The position numbers were made by a program, and so were the translations under genes. A stretch of DNA of 64,000 bases, taken from NCBI GenBank assembly GCA_963850575.1, contig CAWKLV010000034.1:75063-139062 (forward strand). Direction: 5' to 3'. Source of the DNA: an uncultured Acidobacteriota bacterium (GTDB lineage Bacteria > Acidobacteriota > Terriglobia > Bryobacterales > Bryobacteraceae). The notes beneath the pieces were generated by a model. It was not told where the DNA came from and ran no database searches. It worked only from the letters and a program-made list of their open reading frames with translations. Positions 10,533 to 21,958 of the stretch are shown piece after piece (position 1 is the stretch's first letter; each line of letters opens with the position of its first letter).

Positions 10533-12305
10533 CTAATCGACTTTCACCCTCTGGAAGAAGACATCCTGCTGCGGATGAGTTTGGCCCGAGATAGGGTCGA
10601 GCGTGTTCAATGGTTCAGTTATCTTATTGCGCGCGTCGCCCCAAGCGACATAGATCGATGCATTGGATGTGGTGACGCTTTGGTACTCACCAAGGCTGTA
10701 ACATACTGCGATCTGTCGGTCGAAGTTTGTCGCTGCAAATAGAGGCGCATTACTCAACGGAATGTTGGTTGGCGGCAGGTGGAAGGACGTTTCCGTGATG
10801 CGCACCATCCCCTCGGCGGGGAATGTTTCGCCCTCTTCGTCCGAGTTCGCCAGGTCCAGATCGATGGATGAGTCGACGTGTTGAGTGTAGTAGGAGATGT
10901 GCACGTTATTCGAATCCTTGTCGATGGCCAGGGACGGCAGCACGTGGTGCTTGTCTGTGCTGACCGCCGGATTCACACGGCCCTGCGGACTCCACGTTTT
11001 GCCGCCGTCATTTGACCGAATAAATAACACGTTGGATCCCGCCGTGCTGCCATATGAAGGATTGGCAGAATTATTCCACGCCAGGTAGACGGTGCCATTA
11101 CGGGCTGCTGCCGCCGGCTGCAATATCATCCGAGAGGCGTTGACGTATCTCGGAAGGTCAAACATGCCCGGACCTGCGTTCAAGCTTCCGTGAATCGTAA
11201 GACGGAGATTACGACCGCCGCAATCCGTTAACTCGCCCGGCTGAGTGACCGGCAGGACGGTGGGACCCGGCGCGCCCGGAACGTTGAAAGTCGCGAAATG
11301 GAAGGTCTCGCCGGCGTCGTCGGACACCATCATCTGGATGAAGTCCTGGGCCGAATTACTGAATCGGAGAAAGGGCACGTACAGGGTTCCTTTGCTGCTA
11401 TCCACGACGGGATTTGTGAACTGCAGGCAATTTTGAGGATTGGCGGGAGTCGTGTCTCCCGTCGGGACAAAGATTGTCTTCGCTGTCCAGGTGGTTCCGC
11501 CGTCTATCGAGCGCCCGAAGCGGAGCTCGCAAGCGGCCCGTTGAAAACTGGTCCACGTCACGTATACGTTGTCGCGGCTCTTGTCCGCCGGATTCGGACC
11601 CACGGCCAGCCATTCCTTATCGGCGCCATCATCCTGCTGCAAGATGGCTCCTGTGCTCCAACTGGCGCCGCCGTCATGAGATGCGTTGACCTGGACCGTG
11701 ACTCGCCCCAGGGAATTGGCCGCCAGGGTGGCGTAGTAGAACACCCCGTGCCGGTCAACGCCAACCGAAGGATCGCCGAAAGTCATTGTCGAATTTTGCG
11801 AGGAAGGGAGAAAAGCATTCTTCCAACTCCGGCCACCGTCGTTTGACGCCGCGACACCCGATAGCTGAACGCGATCGACGATCAGACCGGGTCCGGATAA
11901 ATTGGGGCTGATGTGTATGCCCGCCGAATTGTTATAGCCGGCGACGACGTTCTTGCCGGAGGCGGCCATAGAAACCTCGCTTTGCGTAGCGCGAACAAAG
12001 GGGCGGAAGCCGATGAACTGCTGAACGTAATCGTCCGAGGGGAAGTTGACCTGGACGTTGTTGCCGCGCATCTCCATCTCCGGATCCACGTCGAGGTGAG
12101 TTACTGGATTGGACAGTTCAGACAGCGTCACGGTCTTACCGAGGACCTCATCTATGAGAATCCTCATGCCCGAGCGGACATCCTGGTCCACGCCGAGTTT
12201 GTTGACCACGGTGGTAAGCGGGACTTGGGCCCGCAGACTAGGGGCCGTCGCCAAACTCGATAATCCCAGGATCACGGCGGATGAAGCAGCCAAATGTCGC
12301 ATCAT
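10533..12305 (-). CDS. secreted BNR/Asp-box repeat protein (sialidase-like beta-propeller)
   Basis: Signal peptide MMRHLAASSAVILGLSSLATAPSLRA. Repeated Asp-boxes SNDGGRSW, SHDGGASW, SIDGGTTW, SDDAGETF, SNDGGKTW. Confidence 0.7.
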   Translation of the reverse strand: MMRHLAASSAVILGLSSLATAPSLRAQVPLTTVVNKLGVDQDVRSGMRILIDEVLGKTVTLSELSNPVTHLDVDPEMEMRGNNVQVNFPSDDYVQQFIGFRPFVRATQSEVSMAASGKNVVAGYNNSAGIHISPNLSGPGLIVDRVQLSGVAASNDGGRSWKNAFLPSSQNSTMTFGDPSVGVDRHGVFYYATLAANSLGRVTVQVNASHDGGASWSTGAILQQDDGADKEWLAVGPNPADKSRDNVYVTWTSFQRAACELRFGRSIDGGTTWTAKTIFVPTGDTTPANPQNCLQFTNPVVDSSKGTLYVPFLRFSNSAQDFIQMMVSDDAGETFHFATFNVPGAPGPTVLPVTQPGELTDCGGRNLRLTIHGSLNAGPGMFDLPRYVNASRMILQPAAAARNGTVYLAWNNSANPSYGSTAGSNVLFIRSNDGGKTWSPQGRVNPAVSTDKHHVLPSLAIDKDSNNVHISYYTQHVDSSIDLDLANSDEEGETFPAEGMVRITETSFHLPPTNIPLSNAPLFAATNFDRQIAVCYSLGEYQSVTTSNASIYVAWGDARNKITEPLNTLDPISGQTHPQQDVFFQRVKVD

Positions 12306-12353
12306 AATTCTCCTAAATCCGAGGTTCTTTAGTCGAAACTCTCAGGATTAAGC

Positions 12354-12369
12354 GATTGTACACCTAATG
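12354..12369 (-). promoter_or_regulatory. candidate promoter element; 16-nt motif shared with 22984..22999
   Basis: On the coding (minus) strand it reads ATTAGGTGTACAATCG, containing a -10-like TACAAT, 49-64 nt upstream of the BNR gene start. It matches the second site at 15 of 16 positions. Confidence 0.3.
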
Positions 12370-12576
12370 TATTATGTTTGCGGGTGCGGGAAATCGCACT
12401 GGTCAGTGATCCCCTGAAAATTGCGGGCCGTTCCAAGCAGCGCTACCAAAGCGGGCGTATCGTGTTGGGCGGGGCGTTATTCCGGCGGACGTTTGGAGAG
12501 CGGAGTCGGAAGTCGGGAGGCGCGGGCAGTCTCAACACAGCCAAGTGCCGACTGCCCACAGCAATTAATATACTGA

Positions 12577-13182
12577 TTACTTATTAAATCGCTCGGCGAT
12601 GGCGTTCCAGTTGAGAACGTTCCACCAGGCGGCTAAGTAGTCTGCGCGGCGGTTCTGATATTTAAGATAGTAGGCGTGCTCCCAAACATCGACGCCCATG
12701 ATCGGATGCAATCCTTCCATCAGCGGACTGTCCTGGTTCGGGGTCGAAGTAATCTCGAGCCCTCCGCCTTTTTTCACCAGCCAAGCCCATCCGGATCCAA
12801 AGCGGCCCAGGCCCGCGGCGTTTAACTTTTCCTTGAAGGTATCAAAGCTTCCGAACGTGGACTTGATCGCGTCGGCAGCCTGTCCGCTGGGCGCGCCGCC
12901 GGAGTGCGGGCCCATGATCTGCCAGAACATGGAATGATTGGCGTGACCGCCGCCATTGTTCCGGACCGCGGTCCGGATATTCTCGGGGACTGCGCTCAGG
13001 TTATTCGCGAGCAGTTCCTCAATCGGCTTGTTGGCCAGATCCGGTGCGGATTCCAGCGCCTTATTCAGATTCGTCACGTATGTAGCGTGGTGCTTGCCGT
13101 GATGAATCTCCATGGTCATCTTATCGATGTGCGGCTCCAACGCATCGGGTGCGTACGGTAGCGGTGGTAAGGTAAACGGCAT
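12577..13182 (-). CDS. sodA: superoxide dismutase, Mn type
   Basis: [40 protein letters not shown]. The Mn-type discriminators [11 protein letters not shown] and TPNQDSP are present. Confidence 0.9.
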   Translation of the reverse strand: MPFTLPPLPYAPDALEPHIDKMTMEIHHGKHHATYVTNLNKALESAPDLANKPIEELLANNLSAVPENIRTAVRNNGGGHANHSMFWQIMGPHSGGAPSGQAADAIKSTFGSFDTFKEKLNAAGLGRFGSGWAWLVKKGGGLEITSTPNQDSPLMEGLHPIMGVDVWEHAYYLKYQNRRADYLAAWWNVLNWNAIAERFNK

Positions 13183-13199
13183 TTAGCTCCTCTTCTTAA

Positions 13200-13346
13200 C
13201 TAGGATGCACCAGCCGTCGAGGAGTGTGCCACCTTTTCGGATGTAGAGGATGCCGAGAATTTCGTTCCGCACTGGGGACAGAAGATATCAGAGATCTCTT
13301 CGGACTCGAAGTGGAGCGCGCAAAGCGGACATTCCACCATATTCAT
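13200..13346 (-). CDS. 48-aa zinc-ribbon small protein (below the ORF-track cutoff)
   Basis: My own translation of the reverse strand: [48 protein letters not shown]. It has CxxC-x13-CxxC. Its ATG overlaps the gltD TGA (ATGA at 13346..13343), and AGAGGG lies 5-6 nt upstream. Confidence 0.45.
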   Translation of the reverse strand: MNMVECPLCALHFESEEISDIFCPQCGTKFSASSTSEKVAHSSTAGAS

Positions 13347-14757
13347 GATTTCCCTCTCAGGAACACATCTATAGCCTGGGCTGCCTTGCGGCCTTCGGCG
13401 ATGGCCCAGACAATCAACGATTGGCCCCGGCGCGCGTCGCCTGCGGCGAAAACGCCGGAAACCGACGACATGTAATTCTCATCCGTCGCAACGTTGCCGC
13501 GCCGGTCGTGAGCGACTCCGAGCGCATCGAGCATACCGCTTCGCACCGGACCCGTGAACCCCATGGCGAGCAGCACCAGATCGACGTCCAGTGAAAATTC
13601 GGTACCCGGAATCGGCTCAAAGCGGGGAGCCGGTCCTACGCGCACGGCGTGCAGCTGTTTGACGTTGCCGTGCTCATCGCCGGTGAAGCGCGTGGTCGCG
13701 ACGCTCCAGTCCCGCACACCGCCTTCCTCATGGGAGCTCTCGACGCGCAGTTGCAGCGGCCACAAGGGCCAGGGTGTTGTCTCCGAACGCTGCGGCGGCG
13801 GCATGGGCAGAATCTCGAATTGAGTGACGCACTCGGCGCGCTGACGGTGGGACGTGCCGAGACAGTCGGCGCCGGTATCACCGCCTCCGATGATGACGAC
13901 ACGCTTGCCCGTTGCCAGAATCGCAGAATCGTTATCGACACGGTCGCCCGCCACACGGCGGTTTTGCTGCGGCAAGAAGTCCATGGCGAAATGAATTCCC
14001 TTCAGTTCGCGGCCGGGCACGTTGAGATCGCGCGGCTGCTCGGCGCCCGCGGCGACCAGGATGGCATCGAAGCTCGCCGCGCAACTGCTCGATCGTAAGA
14101 TCCTGTCCCACGTGCGTGTTCGGTTCTGAATTCGACGCCTTCAGCGGACATCTGATCGATACGGCGGTCAATCAGATGTTTCTCCATTTTGAAATCAGGG
14201 ATGCCGTAGCGGAGCAGTCCGCCGATACGGTCGTTCCTCTCGAAAACGGTTACCGAATGGCCGGCGCGCGCGAGTTGTTGCGCCGCGGCGAGTCCGGCGG
14301 GTCCGGATCCGACGACGGCGACTCGCTTTCCGGTGCGGAAGCGCGGCGGCTCCGGCTGAATCCAGCCCTGGCGAAATGCGTGATCGATGATGTGCTTCTC
14401 GATCACCTTGATCGTAACCGGCGGCTCATTGATCCCGAGCACGCAGGCCGCCTCGCATGGAGCAGGGCAAAGCCTTCCTGTGAATTCCGGGAAGTTGTTG
14501 GTGGCGTGCAGCGCGCGGATGGCCTCCCGCCAGCGATTCCGGTAGACCAGATCGTTCCAGTCCGGGATCACGTTATTCAGCGGGCAGCCGGTGTGACAGA
14601 ACGGAACGCCGCAATCCATGCAGCGCGCGCCCTGCGTCTGCACTTGCTCCACCGGCATGTCGTGATAGATCTCGAACCAGTCGTTGATGCGCTCGGCGAC
14701 GGGCCGCCGCTCGGGCAGCTCGCGCGTGTATTCGAGGAAACCGGTAACCTTACCCAT
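13343..14757 (-). CDS. gltD: glutamate synthase small subunit (NADPH), two frame changes near 14072 and 14121
   Basis: ORFs 14002..14757, 13932..14171 and 13343..14020 give one continuous GltD: [57 protein letters not shown]. Each junction is fixed by removing one base. Length is 3n+2. Confidence 0.85.
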
Positions 14758-17700
14758 GGGCCACTCCGGAACTGGTTAGCGGCGGAGGAGCAGTTAGCGG
14801 CGGAGGAGCGGTCGGTGGCCGGTGTTCAGTGGTCAGTTTCGATCTGGGGATTCCCAACACTCGCTTGTACTCGTGGGGGAAGACCTTCACGAATTGGGGA
14901 ATCTTTGTTTCGAAGTTCTCGAGCACCCACTGGGCGCGCGGACTTCCGGTCTCCTCGAGGTGCCGGACGATCAGATCGCGGACCAGTTGAATGTCCTTGG
15001 GATCTGTCCAGCGGATTCGAGATCGACGCTTGCGCGATTGCACATCGTGGTGGAGAACTCGCCCGTTTCATCGAGCACGTAGGCGAAGCCGCCGGTCATG
15101 CCCGCGGCGAAATTGCGGCCCGCGCGGCCGAGGACGACCACGAGACCTTTGGTCATGTACTCACAGCCGTGATCGCCGACGCCTTCCACGACTGCGGTCG
15201 CGCCGGAGTTGCGAACCGCGAATCGCTCCCCGCCCATACCGTTGAAGAAGGCTTCGCCGCTGGTGGCCCCGTACAGGCACACATTTCCGACGATGATGTT
15301 CTCTTCCGGCTGGAAGGTGGACGCACGCGGCGTGTAGACCACCAGCTTTCCACCGGACAGCCCCTTGCCGACGTAATCGTTGGCATCGCCTTCCAGCACT
15401 AGCGTGACGCCGCGCGTCAGGAAGGCTCCGAAGCTTTGCCCGGCGGACCCGGTGAAGTTGAACTTGATGGTGTCCGGCGGCGAGCCCTTGCGATCCGTAG
15501 CGGCGCGCGATCTCTCCGCTCAGCATCGCACCCACGGTGCGATGGACGTTGCGGATGGGCAGCTTGAACTCCACGGGCGTACGATTCTCCAGCGCTTCCT
15601 TGGCGTGATCGATCAGCTTGTAGTCCAGCGCCTGGTCGAGCCCGTGATCCTGACCGATGATGCAGCGCCGGCCCACGCGGCCCGGCACCTGCGGATTGTG
15701 CAGAATCGCCGAGAGATCGATGCCGCGCGCCTTCCAGTGCTCGACGGCCTGCGCGTCCCTCCAGCATGTCGACCCGGCCGATCATTTCGTCCATGCGTGC
15801 GGAAGCCCATGCGCGCCATCCACTGGCGGACTTCTTCGGCGATGTAGAAGAAGAAATTGATGACGTTCTCCGGCGTGCCCTGGAACTTCGCGCGGAGCAC
15901 TCGGATCCTGAGTCGCGATGCCGACCGGGCAAGTATTCAGGTGGCACTTGCGCATCATGATGCAGCCCATGGCGACCAGCGGAGTGGTGGAGAAGCCGAA
16001 CTCCTCGGCGCCCAGCAGAGCGGCGACGACCACGTCGCGGCCGGTCTGCAGTTTGCCGTCGGTCTGCACGCGAATGCGGCTGCGCAGGTCATTCAGTACC
16101 AGCACCTGCTGGGTTTCGGCGAGGCCGAGTTCCCAGGGAGTGCCGGCGTGTTTGATGGAAGTGAGAGGGCTGGCGCCGGTTCCGCCATCGTGGCCCGAGA
16201 TGAGCACCAGATCGGCATGAGCCTTGGCCACGCCCGCGGCTACCGTGCCCACGCCGACTTCGGAAACCAGCTTGACCGAGATCCGCGCCTTCGGATTTAC
16301 GTTCTTCAGATCGTAGATCAGCTGCGCCAGATCCTCGATGGAGTAGATATCATGATGCGGCGGCGGCGAGATCAACTGCACGCCCGCGATGGAGTGGCGA
16401 ATGCGCGCGATCACCTCGTCCACTTTATGGCCGGGCAACTGGCCGCCTTCGCCGGGCTTGGCGCCCTGCGCGACTTTGATCTGCAACTCGTCCGCATTCA
16501 CCAGATAATGGGCGGTGACGCCGAACCGGGCGCTGGCCACCTGCTTGATGGCGCTGCGGCGGTTATCGCCGAAACGCTCCTCGTCCTCGCCGCCCTCGCC
16601 CGTGTTGGAACGGCCGCCAATGCGTATTCATCGCGATGGCCAGCGTCTCGTGAGCCTCTTTGCTGATGGAGCCGAAAGACATGGCGCCCGTGGCAAAACG
16701 CTTCACGATCTCCGTCGCGGGCTCCACTTCATCGATCGAGATCGGATGGCGACGCGGTGCGGATATCGAGCAGCCCGCGGATGGTGCAGAGCTGCTTGGA
16801 CTCGTTGTCCATCAACTCCGTAAATTCCTGAAACGTCTCGAAGCTGTTTTGACGGACAGCATGCTGGAGCTTGCCCACAGTCATCGGATTCAGGCGATGA
16901 TACTCGCCGTTCACACGGTAGTGGTAGTTGCCGCCCATGTCGAGTTCCAGCTCGGATTCGCTCACCGGGCGGAAGGCGTGAGCATGCTTCATCCGAGCCT
17001 CTTCGGCGAGCACGTCGAGACCGACGCCTTCGATGTTCGACGGAGTTCCGGTGAAGTATTTGTCCACCAGCGATTTGTTCAGGCCGATGGCTTCGAAAAT
17101 CTGCGCGCCGCGATAGCTTTGCAGCGTGGAGATGCCCATCTTGGAGAAGACTTTCAACAGACCTTTGTTGATGGCCTTCTTGTAGTTTTTCAGGGCCGAT
17201 TCGATCGTGGCGCCTTCCGGCAGCATGCCGCGGTGCGCGATGTCTTCGAGAGTCTCGATGGCGAGGTACGGATTTACAGCGCTGGCGCCGTAGCCGATCA
17301 GCAGAGAGAAATGCATCACTTCGCGCGGCTCGCCGGATTCGATGATCAAGGCCACCTGTGTGCGGGTTCCTTCGCGGATCAGATGATTGTGCACCGCCGT
17401 CAGCGCCAGCAGGCTGGGGATGGGCGCGTACTCGTCGTCCATGCCGCGGTCGGAAAGGATCAACAGCGTGTAGCCGGACTTGATGGCCAGCGATGCGCGG
17501 CGGCACAGACCGTCGAGCGCCCGCTCCAGAGCACGCCCGCCCTCGTCGACGCGGAACAGCATCGGGAGCGTGGTGGCCAGGAAATCGCCCCAACTGAAGC
17601 GCCGCAGCTTTTCAAGATCCCAGTTGGTGAGTATGGGATGCGGCAGCTTCAGCGTGTGGCAGTGCTGCGGAGTCTCGTCGAGGATGTTGCGCTCGGTTCC

Positions 17701-19355
17701 GATGTAGCTGGTGAGCGACATCACGAGCTCTTCGCGAATCGGGTCGATCGCGGGATTGGTTACCTGCGCGAACAACTGCTTGAAGTAGTGAAACAGCGGC
17801 TGCGGCTGGTCGGACAGACAGGCCAGCGGCGTGTCGGTGCCCATGGATCCGATCGGCTCTTCGCCGTTGGCGGCCATGGGCAGCATCAGCATCCGCAGAT
17901 CTTCCTCGGTATAGCCAAAAGCTCGCTGACGGCAGAGAATCGTCTCGTGATCGGAGCCAATGACGCGCGAGGGCGCCGGGATCTGATCCAGAGTGACCTG
18001 ATTCTCTTTCAGCCACTCGCCATAGGGCTGGCGGGAGGCGAGCCGCGCCTTCAATTCTTCGTCGGGAATGATGCGGCCTTCCTCCAGGTCGGCCAGCAAC
18101 ATGCGGCCCGGCTGAAGGCGGCCTTTGCTCTTGATGTCTTCCGGGCGCACCTGGCAGCACGCCGGTTTCCGAGGCCATGATCAGCAGGCCATCGTGAGTT
18201 TCGAGATAGCGCGCCGGACGCAGGCCGTTGCGATCGAGCGTGGCGCCGATGACGCGGCCATCGGTGAAGGCGACAGCCGCGGGTCCGTCCCAGGGCTCCA
18301 TCAGCGACGCGTGATATTCGTAAAACGCGCGCTTGTCGGGCGGCATGGTGGTGTCGGCGTCCCACGCTTCGGGAATCAGCATCGCCATCACATGCGGAAG
18401 GCTGCGCCCGGCCAGGGTCAGCAGTTCGACGGCGTTATCGAGTGACGCCGAGTCGCTCTGCTCCGGCCGGATCAGCGGGAAGATCTTCTGAATCTCGGGA
18501 AACTTCGAGGAGGCGAGCACGCTCTGCCGCGCGAGCATCCAGTTCACATTGCCGCGAATGGTATTGATCTCGCCGTTGTGGCAGATGTAGCGGTAGGGAT
18601 GCGCGAGCGGCCAGGTGGGAAATGTGTTCGTCGAAAAGCGCTGATGCACCAGGGCCAGGGCGCTGATGCAATCCGGGTCGGACAGCTCGCCGTAGAAGTT
18701 GGCGATCTGCGGGGCCAGCAGCAGGCCTTTATAGATGATCACGCGCGAGGACAGCGACGGCACGTAGAAGAACGACTTGTCGCGGATTTCGGACTGCCAG
18801 AATTTCGAGCTTCCGCGCGTTTGCGAACCACATACAGGCGGCGCTCGAATTCGTCCTGACTCATTCCCGCCGAAGCGCGGATGAAAATCTGTTCGATGTA
18901 GGGCTGCGTTGCGCGAGCCTGACGGCCGATCGCGTCCGAGTTCACCGGCGTATCGCGCCAGCCGAGAACGCTCAATCCTTCTTCACGGGCGATGCGCTCC
19001 AGAATTCCTTCGCACAGCAGTCGCTGCTGCGGCTCCACCGGCAGAAACACCATGCCCACGCCGTACTGCCCGCGTTCCGGCAGCGTGAACCCGAGCTTCG
19101 GCGCACACGCGTGCGAAGAACTCGTGCGGGATCTGGATCAGGATGCCGGCGCCGTCGCCCGTCTCCGGGTCGCAGCCGCAAGCCCCGCGGTGCGTGAGAT
19201 TGATCAGGATCCGCAGACCCTTCTGGATAATGTCGTGCGAACTGACGACCTTTGATATTGGCGACAAACCCAATTCCGCAGGCGTCGTGTTCTAGAGAGG
19301 GATGATAAAGACCCTGAGCGGGTGGGGGTCCATGAGAGGGATCGACTTGATTCAT
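14750..19355 (-). pseudogene. gltB: glutamate synthase large subunit, reading frame interrupted about 10 or more times
   Basis: About 12 ordered collinear fragments (5 of them >=140 aa): 18972..19355 ([12 protein letters not shown]), 18983..19273, 18739..19059, 17612..18763, 16729..18150, 15782..16540 ([20 protein letters not shown]), 15613..15900, 15417..15947, 15161..15688, 14971..15399, 14750..15043. The stop overlaps the gltD start (ATGGGTAA). Confidence 0.9.
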
Positions 19356-19433
19356 GGCTTTTTATTTCAAAGGGATTTTACAAGCACACGGACAGGGTGC
19401 GGTATGGGTCAGTATAGCAACCGATCGCAATAT

Positions 19434-19457
19434 TATGCAAATCAAAACAAGCGCATA
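19434..19457. promoter_or_regulatory. candidate LysR-type operator dyad in the gltB/lysR divergent intergenic region
   Basis: TATGC-N14-GCATA inverted repeat in the AT-rich 135-bp region between the gltB start (19355) and the LysR gene start (about 19491). Confidence 0.25.
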
Positions 19458-19490
19458 CGTTGTATCGGTTTTTCTTATGGTAAAGTAGTT

Positions 19491-20403
19491 TTGGTGTCGT
19501 TCGACAATTGCAAGCTTTTCAAGGATATAGCCCACTCACGAAGTGTCAGCCGCGGGGCGGAGCATGAATCATTTAAGCCAGTCCGCAGCCAGCCAGCACC
19601 TGCAGGATTTGGAGCGGCAACTCGATATGAGATTGCTGGACCGTTCGACGCGGCCTCTGAATGTGACCGAGGCGGGGCGTTTGTATCTGGATTTTTGCAG
19701 AGACGTGCTCCGGCGGCGCGAAGATTTTCAAGCCGCGTTGGACCAGCTCAGGTATCAGGTGGAGGGCACCGTTCGGGTGGCTTCAATCTACTCCGTGGGG
19801 CTGTCGGAAATGGCGGAACTGGAGCACGGCTTTTCACGGCGGCACCCCGAAGCGACTTTGCAGGTGGAATACTTGCGTCCGGAGAAGGTGTACGAAGCCG
19901 TACTGGCGGACCGAGCCGACCTGGGGCTGGTCAGCTATCCGGAATCGAAACGCGACATCACCGCTATTCCCTGGCGGCGGGAAGAGATGGTAGTGGTTGC
20001 GTCTCCCTGCCACCCGCTGGCCGCGCAGCAATCCGCTGCGACCCGAGGCGCTCAAGGGCGTCGATTTCGTAGGTTTCGACGACGACCTGCCCGATCCAGC
20101 AGGCGGTCAGACGGTTTTTCGAGGAGCATGACGTTCAGGTGAAGCTGGTCCTGCATTTCGACAATCTGCAATCGATCAAAGAGGCCGTGATGCACCGGGT
20201 GGGGGTGAGCATCATGCCATTGCGGGTGATTCAGGCGGAATAGGCGCAGGGACGGCTGGTGGCGGTGGCGCTTGGCGGGTACGCCGCTATATCGACCGCT
20301 CGGCATTATCCATCGTAAGAAAAAGCGGTTCAATCGGCCGGGCGAGGCTTTTCTAAGAATGCTGCAGGAGAACCCGGCTCCGGTGCTCGTGGGAATTGAG
20401 TAG
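19491..20403 (+). pseudogene. LysR family transcriptional regulator (GltC-like position), four +1 frame changes plus an in-frame TAG
   Basis: HTH FKDIAHSRSVSRGAE/MNHLSQSAASQHLQDLERQLDMRLLDRS, then a substrate-binding domain read across frames 0>1>2>0>1 (junctions near 19560, 20030, 20090, 20278). TAG at 20241 lies within ...VIQAE*AQGRLVAVAL. Confidence 0.75.
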
Positions 20404-20640
20404 CCCGGAGCTTGGGTTTGTTTCGTATTCGCCTTGGATCGCCAGCCTGCTTGGAGTCACCGATTCTCCATGCTTGATTCGTAGCGGCCCGGCATCTAAT
20501 TCCACGGCCGTATGTATCTCTGGCTGTGTTTTGTTTGTCGTCACCTGACCGGAATTTTATGGGGTGTGACCGTCACTGCCGGCTAGCTGCCGGACCACTG
20601 CTCGCTATGGTCCGCGCTGACCGACCAGGTCTGTTGCGGC

Positions 20641-21823
20641 TCAGTCACATCGAAGTACGACCAGGGGCCAGGAATCCAGGGATATCTTGTCGATAACAGC
20701 CTCATCCACTTCCACGCCGAGTCCGGGCGATCGGGGTAAGATCAGGTCACCGTGATCGATGTCGAGGGGATCCTTCAGAATCTCGGCGGCCAGCGGGAAG
20801 GGATACATGCCGGCCCTCGAAGGGGTCGAATAGCACGGAAATTCGAGCCATTCCACTAGCGACTCGGGCCAGCAGATCCCGAGTTGCGCGGCCGCAACCA
20901 CTTCGAGCGCCGTCCCCCAACTGTGAAAGGCAAAACGGAGACCCTGCGAGGAAATAGCAGGTAGGATGCGCCGCGCCGTGGGATATCCGCCTTGGCAGAC
21001 GATATCCATCTGCACGTAGTCGACGCTGGAATTCAGAATCAAATCCAGGAATCGCGACTCGCTCGGTTCGTGCTCGCCACTGGCCAGGGGAACATAATCG
21101 AGCTGCTTGAGACGGAGATAGGCTTCGTGATCGTCGGGCGGTAACGGCTCTTCGAGCCAGGCGATACGATACTCCGCCAGTTGCTCCGCGATGGAATCGA
21201 CAGTGGATCGAATATAATTGCGATCTCCCATGCGCCACCAGGTGTGCGCATCGATCATGAGATCGAAATCCGGACCCACGGCCTCGCGCATCAGCCGGAC
21301 GGTTTCGACGTCCTGCTCCGGTCCGATGCCGGATCGCATCTTGTAGGCACGGAAACCCAAATCCGCGATGGCGCGCGCCTCCTCGGCATATTTCTCAGGC
21401 GGCATATACATCCCGGCCGAGCCATACAAATGGATACGATCCCGAACGCGGCCGCCGATCAATTCCGAGACGGGCAAGCCGAGCGACTTACCCAATGCAT
21501 CGTACAAAGCAATTTCGACGGAGCAGTAGACTCTGGCAATGCTCCGGATCTTTTCCGGGACCGGCCAGGAAGGGGACGCGGAGAGCGTCCGGATCCGCCA
21601 GAGTGCGTCCCGTGAGAAACGGAGCGATCACATCATCGATCGCCGATTTAGCCTTCGGACTGCCCTGACCGGGAGCATATCCGACCAGCCCGGAGGCGGT
21701 TTCGACCCGAATGAGCATGGCATCGCGCTTCAGAATCGTGCGCTCGCCGCCATAGTAGGCGAACTTCAGAGGTTCGGGGAAAGGATAGGAGAGAAGGAAG
21801 GATCGGACGCTGGTGATGCGCAT
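20641..21823 (-). CDS. enolase-superfamily enzyme (mandelate racemase/muconate lactonizing family), frameshift near 21500-21600
   Basis: N-terminal capping domain (MRITSVRSFLLSYPF...LIRVETASGLVGYAPG) in ORF 21488..21910. Barrel with IALYDALGKSLGLPVSELIGG, MIDAHTWW, WLEEPLPPDD, LASGEHE in ORF 20641..21507. Confidence 0.75.
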
Positions 21824-21958
21824 TGTCGCTAAGCTAGTCAGCTTATCAGCATCTGGCTGGAGACAAAAAAAGCCGGGTGCTGGTCGGGCACCCGGCTGAG
21901 GAGCACCCACCGGCAGCTCGGAGGTTGCGGCCGGTGGTTGTGGAGGAGCGAATATTCT

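Noticed and set aside
12540-12573. GGGCAGTC-N18-GACTGCCC inverted repeat after sodA as a terminator.
   Set aside because: The 18-nt loop is large and no U-tract follows on the sodA strand. The evidence is too weak to list as a feature.
16660-18180. 506-aa plus-strand ORF (with similar long ORFs at 14116..15402 and 15857..16666).
   Set aside because: They are antisense to gltB/gltD. Their Arg/Ala/Gly/His-rich composition is typical of shadow ORFs in high-GC DNA, whereas the opposite strand encodes canonical glutamate synthase motifs.
20353-20544. 63-aa minus-strand ORF downstream of the LysR gene.
   Set aside because: It overlaps the LysR 3' end, has no motif and is of marginal length.
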